NCBI GenBank assembly: GCA_023898465.1
Contig: CP060223.1
Location: 480,001-544,000, forward strand
Direction of reading: 5' to 3'
Source of the DNA: Candidatus Nomurabacteria bacterium
GTDB lineage: Bacteria > Patescibacteriota > Patescibacteriia > HK-STAS-PATE-3
DNA length: 64,000 nucleotides
The notes beneath the pieces are model-generated. The model had not been told where the DNA came from. It did not search any database and saw only the letters and a list, made by a program, of their open reading frames with translations. The position numbers were made by a program, and so were the translations under genes. Below are positions 41,191 to 49,500 of the stretch, one piece after another. Positions within the stretch are counted from its first letter, which is position 1. Each line of letters begins with the position of its first letter.

Positions 41191-41736
41191 TTACGAATAA
41201 GAGAGTTGTTCCATTTCCTTGCGTAAGGCTTGCAAAGCCCTATGTTTCAATACGCGCACATTGAGAGCACTGATCTGCATTACTTTTGCCACTTCACTTA
41301 TACTTAGATCCTCTCGATAAAGCATATGGAGCAGAGTTGCGTAGCGTTCAGGAAGGCGGGTTAAGGCTGATTCCATTTCCCGCTCCATTATTACATCTGG
41401 CATCTCATCCGGATCACTTGATAAAGTATGACTCACGCTCTCAATATCAACCTGGGTGCGTTGGCCACGATAATGATCAATCAAGCGGAAACGGGCAATT
41501 TGAAAAAGCCAGGTAGAGAATTTTGCATGTTTCTGCTCCTTATATCGGGGCAATGAGCGAATCATTTCAAGAAAAACAGTTTGGGTTAAATCCTCAGCTG
41601 TTTCCTGACTACTGACCCGCATAAGCAAGAAACGGAACACCCGGTCTCCGAAAAGGTGGAAAAGTTCGGCCACCCCTTCTTGATCCCCTTGTTGCGCTCT
41701 GGCGACGATTTCCTGTACTTGGCTTTCGTGTTGCAT
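41191..41736 (-). CDS. ECF-type RNA polymerase sigma factor (sigma-70 regions 2 and 4)
   Basis: DLTQTVFLEMIRSLPRY...FSTWLFQIARFRLIDHYR region 2 and a C-terminal region-4 HTH. Confidence 0.85.
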   Translation of the reverse strand: MQHESQVQEIVARAQQGDQEGVAELFHLFGDRVFRFLLMRVSSQETAEDLTQTVFLEMIRSLPRYKEQKHAKFSTWLFQIARFRLIDHYRGQRTQVDIESVSHTLSSDPDEMPDVIMEREMESALTRLPERYATLLHMLYREDLSISEVAKVMQISALNVRVLKHRALQALRKEMEQLSYS

Positions 41737-41749
41737 AGCGTATATTAGT

Positions 41750-41777
41750 ATATCGGAAATAGGATTATTTTGTTACA
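41750..41777 (-). promoter_or_regulatory. candidate ECF-type autoregulatory promoter (TGTAAC-N16-CGATAT)
   Basis: The minus strand reads TGTAACaaaataatcctatttcCGATAT just upstream of the sigma-factor ATG, resembling SigW/ECF-type -35/-10 elements. Confidence 0.3.
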
Positions 41778-41798
41778 TCTACCAAGAAATGCTATTAC

Positions 41799-41827
41799 TT
41801 GACATTTTTTCATATCTAGTCTAGTAT
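41799..41827 (+). promoter_or_regulatory. near-consensus sigma70 promoter (TTGACA-17-TAGTAT) firing into an ORF-free region
   Basis: TTGACAttttttcatatctagtcTAGTAT. Confidence 0.45.
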
Positions 41828-41834
41828 ATGCACT

Positions 41835-42191
41835 CGATGTTCATTAGAAATGAGAGAGAGGCGGGATGAGATAGGTGTCCCCCCAGACACCTCGCTACCT
41901 TCATACAGCGGTAGTTGCATCATCCCACTGCCCGAAGCGGCTCCCCACCCTTGTTACTACTTGTACTGGCTTCATCCCTAAGGATCCCCCGCCAGTCTGG
42001 TGCTGACATGTTCGGCGTCATATCCTTATGGTCTATTGGCTGCAAAGCTGATCACCTTTTGTGATGATGACTCACCGATGCTTCGGCTCAGATGCCTCTC
42101 TCTCCACCTACGCCTGCGCACCTGAGCACTCCCCCAGGCTCACTGCGCATGTGCCCCCGTCGTGTCGTTGTACCGACGGGGGTGCTTTTTT
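41835..42191 (+). ncRNA. candidate structured non-coding RNA (about 360 nt) of unknown family
   Basis: No ORF of at least 60 aa in any frame over about 500 nt. It has a defined promoter and an intrinsic terminator. Visible helices include an 11-bp long-range pairing gagagagaggc/gcctctctctc, a GGTGTCcccccaGACACC hairpin and a C(UUCG)G tetraloop. Confidence 0.35.
42153..42191 (+). terminator. rho-independent terminator
   Basis: GCCCCCGTCG-11nt loop-CGACGGGGGT followed by TTTTTT. Confidence 0.6.
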
Positions 42192-42202
42192 ATAAAAAGA
42201 AA

Positions 42203-42226
42203 TCCCCAGGCCGATTGGTCTGGGGA
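42203..42226 (-). terminator. terminator hairpin for the heliorhodopsin operon (bidirectional pair with the previous)
   Basis: TCCCCAGgccgattggtCTGGGGA. On the minus strand it is followed by TTTCTTTTTAT. Confidence 0.4.
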
Positions 42227-42232
42227 TGAGAA

Positions 42233-42736
42233 CTAGAACTGTTGTGCTGAACGCATCCGATGAAGCGTGCTACACACCAGTCCAATACCAGAGCGACGCT
42301 CTACACAGAACTGATACACCCGTTGCGCCGCCATGAGCTTTTCATAGAGCGCCTGACCATGCTTAGTGGCTAGTTCGTTTCGCATCTCCCGGTCTAGACC
42401 TTGGTAATACGAACCAAGCAGCAGATAGCGCACTAGAAGCCACCCCAGTAACCCGGAGCTGAGCAGCATCGCTGTTAAAGCACCGGGCAGAGTCAGATAC
42501 CCGAGCAAATCCTCCAGTCTTGCCCAGTAGTACACTGCAACAAGCTCAAATAGCAGAAACGCTAGCGTGGCTATAGTTGACCCTATCCGGATAAACAGGC
42601 GCCACCTTTTCACTCTCTCGCACAACTCTAGAATCTCTTCTTCTTGAACACTGAGTTGCGCGTAGAGGAAATTCGACATATGCACCTCCCTCTTGCATAC
42701 CCAAAAGCAGTCTACACCCGCTGCACTGCAGGTCAA
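42233..42736 (-). CDS. membrane protein, function unknown (last gene of the heliorhodopsin operon)
   Basis: 2-3 TM helices. A 9-nt gap to the HeR gene. The likely start is at the internal MSNFLYAQL. Confidence 0.45.
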   Translation of the reverse strand: MTCSAAGVDCFWVCKREVHMSNFLYAQLSVQEEEILELCERVKRWRLFIRIGSTIATLAFLLFELVAVYYWARLEDLLGYLTLPGALTAMLLSSGLLGWLLVRYLLLGSYYQGLDREMRNELATKHGQALYEKLMAAQRVYQFCVERRSGIGLVCSTLHRMRSAQQF

Positions 42737-42745
42737 GCATTCAGG

Positions 42746-43528
42746 TTAAGGCCGGAGAGTACCGGAAAACATTTGCCAGGCTAGAGCTGATTTCGCCACC
42801 AGGGACAAAATCATATAGGCCTTTTCACCGTAGAGATAGTCCTGCCATTTCCCTATCTTCTTATACTGCAGGACCATGTTAATCGCGAAGATGTTAAAGG
42901 TGACAAAGATGGTGGCCACAATGAAATAAACAAAGGTAGGAATCTCCACTCCGGTCGACTGTACCGCGCCAATGAAGAAAGCAACAATGACCAGCCAGGG
43001 AATTAAGCCAGCCAAAACTCCTATCCAGTACGAAAGCCAATTCGTATGCTTGGTCGTCTGATTATGTACTTCCATCATCAAGCCCATGAGATTCATAATC
43101 GCATTCAAGGCAAACAGCGAAATGAGTAGCCAAAGATCGTACACACCACAAAGCATGGCAATAACTACAATCATAACTGACGAGGATAAGGCATACTCAG
43201 CCCAACGCAGCTTGTTGATGCCCTTTTTCAAATTCTCCTCATACCATTCCCGCAAAGGTCCGGCTAGAAGGAAATGCGCAAAAGCAGAAAGGAAGAGAAA
43301 GACCGCTACGGTGGGGCCTAAGCGTAAGTCAAACAAATGCTCAGGAAGTGGAGCTACACCAAAAACTGGATTATTTGGATCGATTTTCAGGTATGAAGTA
43401 ACAACTGGTAAAGATGAATTATTGCTTATCAAAACCATAATGACGCCTTGCACGAAGTGAAGGGCGGCCATTGACCAATTCCAGACTTGTAGTTTTTTTA
43501 ACTGCTCTTTTTGACTACGCATTTTCAT
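42746..43528 (-). CDS. heliorhodopsin (inverted-topology microbial rhodopsin)
   Basis: Strong family signatures: RWAEYALSSSVMIVVIAML (TM3 with counterion Glu), YMILSLVAKSALAWQMFSGTL (TM7 with Schiff-base Lys), and conserved His in LHFVQG and AFAHFLLAG. Confidence 0.85.
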   Translation of the reverse strand: MKMRSQKEQLKKLQVWNWSMAALHFVQGVIMVLISNNSSLPVVTSYLKIDPNNPVFGVAPLPEHLFDLRLGPTVAVFLFLSAFAHFLLAGPLREWYEENLKKGINKLRWAEYALSSSVMIVVIAMLCGVYDLWLLISLFALNAIMNLMGLMMEVHNQTTKHTNWLSYWIGVLAGLIPWLVIVAFFIGAVQSTGVEIPTFVYFIVATIFVTFNIFAINMVLQYKKIGKWQDYLYGEKAYMILSLVAKSALAWQMFSGTLRP

Positions 43529-43546
43529 ACCCCCCCCTTTTTTTCT

Positions 43547-43885
43547 TTACTTAAACCGTTTGCCTAGCCACGCGCCAATCCAAACGGCAAAAAGAATAAT
43601 ACCAAAAAGAATAAGTTGCCACAACCATTGTTCGCTTTCACGCCATAGCATTAGTAGCACGAATAGTGCAGCTGGTACTAGCCAAATACCCGTCCACGCT
43701 TTCCAAAGTGATGGAAACGCAAAAGTAAAGCCAGCGCTAAAAAGCAAGTACACTGCAAAAATTATTGCTCCAGCAACTATGTAATCATTTATCCCGGCGC
43801 TATCAGAAAAAAGCACATTCAGGACGAGAAAAAATCCAAAGAGGCAGCTAAGTAGACAGGCAAGGATAATCAAAAACGTACGCAT
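43547..43885 (-). CDS. small polytopic membrane protein (first gene of the heliorhodopsin operon)
   Basis: 112 aa with 3-4 TM helices. An 18-nt gap to the HeR gene. Confidence 0.45.
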   Translation of the reverse strand: MRTFLIILACLLSCLFGFFLVLNVLFSDSAGINDYIVAGAIIFAVYLLFSAGFTFAFPSLWKAWTGIWLVPAALFVLLMLWRESEQWLWQLILFGIILFAVWIGAWLGKRFK

Positions 43886-43925
43886 ATACTAAAGTATATC
43901 ACTTGCCTCGGTCTTTGCGTAGTAC

Positions 43926-45614
43926 TTACTTAGGCTCTGCTACTGGATCTGTAAGCGACGCTCCTGCTGCTGCCATCTCTTCGTGTTCAGCGTCTCTAGG
44001 TAAGAAGAAGGATGCAATGAGGGTGAGTAAGGTAAAAGCAGCTGCGTAATTCATCACATCTTTGTTTGAATCAACGATTGCCTCGTACTGTAGACGGGAT
44101 AACTGCGGCAGCAGTTCAGCTGGGATGTTAGAGGTATCACCCGGTTCAGCGTTACCGAAAGTACGAGCCTGCTCCTCAATCGCTTCAATCAACTGAGGCT
44201 TCATTGCCTCAGGGATATTTACCAAGTCCTGGACGCCTGTTTCAACATGAGAGAGTAAGGAGCTTAAGAGAATCGTCCCAATAATAGCCGTACCAAGTGC
44301 CTGGCCCACAGTACGGAAGGTGGTATTTAAACCTGACGCTTGGCCAGAAAACTGCAGTGGAATAGTGGCTAAAGTAAGATTGGTAATCTGGGACATGATT
44401 AATCCAAAACCAAAGCCATACAAGGCAAGACCGGGAATCAAATCCCATTGACTCATATCAACTGAGAACTCGCTCTTGAGCACAAAAGCACTGATGAAAG
44501 AGATGAGAATGCCGAGCTGAATAATGTAGCGAGCGTGGAAGCGACCAGTGAAACGTGAGAAAAGCCCAGCGGCGATAAACAAGGCGATCGACATCGGCAT
44601 CAATGCTAGGCCCGTATCAAAGGCGCTTAAACCCAAAATAGCCTGTAGTAAAACTGGAATGGTAAAGAAGATGCCAGATTGAGCTAATACGAGAATGGTC
44701 AATGTCACAATGCCAGTGGAAAAAGCTCGATTCTGCAATATCACTGGATTCATAAGGGGCACTAAACCATCTGCACGTTGTGAACGATGTAAGCGTCGCT
44801 GCCAAAAACCAAAAAAGATGAGTATGAGCACGCCAAGGGCTACTGCTATTGGGGTAATGGAAAGGTCAAAAGGATGTATAGCAATATCGCCCATAGAATA
44901 AATCTCTTTTGCCTTCCACCAACCGTACTGACTTGCTTCCAAGAGGCCAAACACCACCGAACCAAGACCAAACGCTGACAGGATGGCGCCTAAATAATCA
45001 AGCTTCTCGCGTGAAGCATCATGCGTGCGTGGATCACGAATATAGCGAGCCAGAGCGAGAATAACTATGACAATAATCACCTCAGTAGCAAAAGCCCAGC
45101 GCCAGCTAAAATGCGTAGTCATATAACCGCCGAATAGTGGTCCAAGTGCTGCAGTCGCGCCAGCGGTGCCGCCCCAGATGCCGAAGGCAATGCGCAAATC
45201 CCTGCCGCGGTAATTCGCCAAAATAAGCGAAACAGTAGCTGGCATCATCAATGCCGCTCCAATGCCCTCAATAATTGACCAGCCTAATATCAACACATTT
45301 ACGTTCGGACTGAGTGCGGCAGTGATAGTGCCGGTCGCATACACCACTACGCCGATAAGGAAAAGCTTTTTGCGGCCATACATATCACCTATTCTGCCAC
45401 CAGTGAGCATAAAGGCTGCCATAACAAGAGAATAGATGGTGATGGCCCACTGCACATTTCGCAAGCTTGTACCGAGATCATGCACAACGTTTCGAATAGA
45501 AACATTAAGCATGGTGGTATCAAAGATGATAATCACCAAAGCAAGGCTAAGTACAACTACTAGGCCCCACTTCTGGAACCAAGCGCGAATAGGATGTGAA
45601 GTATTTGTTTCCAT
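43926..45614 (-). CDS. MFS transporter, DHA2 (EmrB/QacA)-like 14-TM drug:H+ antiporter family
   Basis: 14 predicted TM helices, the MFS motif A region GRIGDMYGRKKLF and an MPATVSLI motif. The start is at ATG 45614. Confidence 0.8.
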   Translation of the reverse strand: METNTSHPIRAWFQKWGLVVVLSLALVIIIFDTTMLNVSIRNVVHDLGTSLRNVQWAITIYSLVMAAFMLTGGRIGDMYGRKKLFLIGVVVYATGTITAALSPNVNVLILGWSIIEGIGAALMMPATVSLILANYRGRDLRIAFGIWGGTAGATAALGPLFGGYMTTHFSWRWAFATEVIIVIVILALARYIRDPRTHDASREKLDYLGAILSAFGLGSVVFGLLEASQYGWWKAKEIYSMGDIAIHPFDLSITPIAVALGVLILIFFGFWQRRLHRSQRADGLVPLMNPVILQNRAFSTGIVTLTILVLAQSGIFFTIPVLLQAILGLSAFDTGLALMPMSIALFIAAGLFSRFTGRFHARYIIQLGILISFISAFVLKSEFSVDMSQWDLIPGLALYGFGFGLIMSQITNLTLATIPLQFSGQASGLNTTFRTVGQALGTAIIGTILLSSLLSHVETGVQDLVNIPEAMKPQLIEAIEEQARTFGNAEPGDTSNIPAELLPQLSRLQYEAIVDSNKDVMNYAAAFTLLTLIASFFLPRDAEHEEMAAAGASLTDPVAEPK

Positions 45615-45715
45615 AATTGCAAAAAAATGAATGGCCGTACTCACCCGGAGCACTCCCGGATAATAACGTAACGTCAAGTATACTCGCCGCTCAATAACTT
45701 GTCGAGACTACGGCA

Positions 45716-46258
45716 TCATATCTTCCGAGCGTCATAGGCCCAGTGTAGCAGCGCCTGACGTTGCCGACGGCGACAAGCCATATCACGAGGCGCGCAATAC
45801 TTCTTGATTTGACCAACGTGACGACGAATAGCTTTCCAGCGCTTTATTTGACGCTCATCCTCCCTGGGAATACGACGGCCTGAATAATAGCGACAGTACC
45901 ATTGAAACCAACCTCGTGGATCCTCTGGATAAATCCAGCCTTTGCGCTGCCACTCTGCTAAAGATTGACTAGCGTCGACAGCAAAGAAATTGAGGTGGGG
46001 ATTATGGGTGGAGGATAATCGTGCGCCGCGAAACCATGAAGCGGGAAATTCTTTTTGACAATCATTGAGGTACTTACCCCCAAAAACACCTAGTCGCAGC
46101 ATCTGCGCAGGACTTAATTCAGGCGTAAACTCTGGAGCAAAGTTTCGGCCAGGCGCTTCTGTCCGGTAGTATGTGTAGGCCTGCTGAAAGCTATCGTTTA
46201 CTTTAACTTTTTTCTTCATAATCCCCTGTTGAAGCTTGCCGCACCCAGCGCTGCTCAA
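45716..46258 (-). CDS. conserved hypothetical protein (basic, Trp/Tyr/Arg-rich)
   Basis: No confident family assignment. The likely start is at the internal MKKKVKV. Confidence 0.4.
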   Translation of the reverse strand: MSSAGCGKLQQGIMKKKVKVNDSFQQAYTYYRTEAPGRNFAPEFTPELSPAQMLRLGVFGGKYLNDCQKEFPASWFRGARLSSTHNPHLNFFAVDASQSLAEWQRKGWIYPEDPRGWFQWYCRYYSGRRIPREDERQIKRWKAIRRHVGQIKKYCAPRDMACRRRQRQALLHWAYDARKI

Positions 46259-46541
46259 TATAGAGCACTCGCCACCACCATCGCCCTAAGAAATACCCAC
46301 CAATCGCTCCAAGTAGTAACAAGCCAATTTGAATGTATGGTGGAAGCGCACATCCCCAGGTCCAATGTATAACCTGTCCATTTTTCTCAGCCCAGCTTAA
46401 ATACCACTGCTCAATTCCTAAATGTAACAGCAAACTTAACAGCACGCCGAACACAGTAGCGCTAATGAGATAAAGTGCATGTTTGAACGGGGTTGCTTTA
46501 AGTGGTCCGCGATGAAACATATTTAGAAAAGATTTAACCAA
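46203..46541 (-). CDS. small membrane protein
   Basis: 112 aa with 2 TM helices. The 3' end overlaps the next ORF. Confidence 0.3.
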   Translation of the reverse strand: MVKSFLNMFHRGPLKATPFKHALYLISATVFGVLLSLLLHLGIEQWYLSWAEKNGQVIHWTWGCALPPYIQIGLLLLGAIGGYFLGRWWWRVLYIEQRWVRQASTGDYEEKS

Positions 46542-49500
46542 CCAAAGAGGTCTTGCACTGATCCTAGGATTACCTGCACAACTGTTTGTTCTTGCTGTGG
46601 AGTAAGAATAGTCAGAGGCTCAGACACCGAGGTCTGTCCACTGGAATCCGTGCTCTCCACCTTGAACTGATACACCGAACCTGGCTCAAAACTTGTCAAA
46701 ACGACAACGTGCCGTTTCGTATAGTTTGTATCAAGTGGCGTGGCTTCGGTAATTGCTTCATCAGCACTGGCAACACCCTGTCGATAGTACACTCGACTAG
46801 TGGCTGGCTCATTTGTTAGCCAGCTGATGATGGTTTGGACTTTAGTATCACGGCCCGGGGAAAGGGCTGAGTCAGTTTGAATCTGCGAGATAAGCGGAGG
46901 CGCATTCTCATCGCCGGTCACAAAGGAGTCAAGCGTCTTGGAAACCGTATTGCCATCTGCATCAACACTTACCAACTCAATTGCGTAAGTCACTCCAGAC
47001 TCAAAACTATCTACAGTCACCTGATGAATAATGGTTTGCGTATCATCTCGAACACTGCTTAACTCATCGACCGCTTTGATGTTATTGCGATAAGGTATCA
47101 CCCGTACAGTGGCATCTGCATCACGAGTGGTGGTCCAGCGGAATACCGCTTCCTCGCTTGATATTTTTTCGACGGCATAATTTTGAATATCAAAAACCTG
47201 CGGATCAGTAGTGAAACTAAAGTCTGCACTTTGCGTTGTCTGGCTAATCTTTGTTCGACTACGCACTTGGTAATGATAGGTTGTATCAGGCTGTAAGTTG
47301 TAAACCGTAACTGAATGGGTCGTGCTATAGGTTTCCGCATCACCCACCACCTGAGTATACTGTTGTGCCAGAGCAAAGTCAGCATCTGAAGCGTAAGCTA
47401 CCAGGGCATTAGAGTCTTTATCAGTTCTCCATTGGATAGTGACTGAAGTTGGACCAACATCCACGCGAGGCTCTCCACTAATAAGCGGAGTAGGAATTAT
47501 TTTTGATAACTCCTCGATGAGTTGATACTGCTCTTCTAAACTTAGCTCTAAAATATCAATGCTAACATTGCCATAGAGATCATTCAGTAGATCAAGATTT
47601 TCTTCAAGGATATTCTTAATCTCATCAGGATTGTTTCTATCGATTGGTGCAGTGCCAGACGTAGTGAATGTTTTATCGCCGGTAATCGACGTGTTGCCGC
47701 TTGCATCAACGGAAATAACTCGATAATGATAAGTAGACCCACTGTTTAATTGTTGCAGAGTAAGGCTATGACTGGTGGCATAAGTCCAGTCACCATAAAT
47801 AGTTCCGTAAACTGTGGTAAGGCCAAATTGAATAAAGCTATTCGCTTCCTCACTTGTAGTCCAACGCACAGTGGCAGCGCTATCGCTAATGTTTACCACC
47901 TCGATGCCGGTTATGCTTGGATTTGTCTCATCCTTACTACCATCAATAGCATCTTGTTCACGTTGCTCTACATCTGATTCCTCAGACAGCATTTCTAAAG
48001 TGCTAAAGGATTTTTCTGTACTCGTTGTGCTATTACCTGAAGCATCAACTGACGAAACAGTGTAATAGTATGTCGTCTTAGGGCTGAGATTACTTAAGGT
48101 AACTAAATGGGTTAGGTTGAGACTTTCGTCTAAGCTCGTTGTAACCGTATAATTTCCCGAGCTTGTCCCATAACGCAATTGAGATGTTGCTCGCTCGTTA
48201 CTTAGCCAGGTAACTACTGCTCGAGTGTCAATGACCGGATCGGCCTGTATATTTGATAAGACTGGTGGCACTGTATCACTAGTCGTAACAAAGGAGTAAT
48301 ATTCACCACCGTTGTTATCAAAAGCTACGCCTGAGGTTACATAGTAGTAATACAGGGTACCGTTTGTCAGTCCTGATAACTTCACTAAATGATTCATCGT
48401 TGGTGGAGTATCCAGACCAACCTCAATGGCATCACTCATATCTGAATTCACTGAATAGAAGACGTGTGAATCAGACTCTACATCAGTTAACCAGCTTATA
48501 CTCGCTTCAGTATTACTCACCTCTTGCGTACTTACATTAGAAATTGCTGGACCACTTAAGGTTGTTACCGTATATCCATCACCTCCGTCAGAGTCAGTTG
48601 CCGAGTTCCCACCCGGATCCTCTGAACGAACTCTGAAATAGTACGTTGTCGAGGGATCGAGTCCGGTAAGTATGACTCGGTGAACACCAACACCTGCTTC
48701 ATTATCCATCAGAGTTGCAACACCGATAGTCGTACCAAAATCAGCTGGGGTATCTGAATATCCAATAGTAGAATCAGAGAGCTCATCTGTCTCCCAGGTA
48801 ATAGTGACCGTCTGAGTACCTATCTGACTGGTTGCTACATTTGAAATAGTTGGAGGCGTACTATCAGTACCTCCTTGTCCGTTGGCAGACTCTGAGACAA
48901 CCGCCGAGTAGTAAGAAAAATTTCCATCGCTATCTTCGCTTGATATCTTATACCAATAGCTTGTATCTGCTGTAACACTTTGATCGAGATAATAGTTAAT
49001 TGCTCTATCGCTTATGTGGCTAATCGTACTATAGCTCGTGCCGTCTGTTGAACGATACACCGTGTATTCGCTAAAGCCTGGGTCGGGCAGTGCTACTGCC
49101 TTCCAAGAAATAAAGAGTTGATAGGCATCAGCTTCTACATTACTAATATCACGAATAATCACTGTTGTTGGTGTTTCTGGTGTTACCGCTGATGCACTAC
49201 TGCTGGTATTTTTGTACGCATCACGGAAACGGACATAGACTGTATCTGGATCAGTAACCAAGGAAATAGTTGAGGAAGAGGCATAGCTTACCCACGTCGC
49301 GCCAACAAAGTCACTCCGCAAAGATACTTGCATTTCAAGGCTGCTATCATCAGAGCCGGAGAGATCGAGAGAAGCGGGGTCAGTACGTGCGTCCACCACA
49401 ATTGCCGGACTACCGAGGACTGGGTCTTTTACATCAAGAGTAAAGGCGCTTGTTTCATCGCTGGCTGTATTATTTGCTAATTCCCCATCATCAATAGTGA

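Noticed and set aside
41835-42191. Assignment of the ORF-free structured region to RNase P RNA, tmRNA or SRP RNA
   Set aside because: RNase P conserved boxes (GGAAAGUCCGG, ACAGAAACCCGGCUUA), a tmRNA tag reading frame with T-arm plus CCA, and the SRP domain IV motif were all searched by eye and not found. It is kept as an unclassified ncRNA candidate instead.
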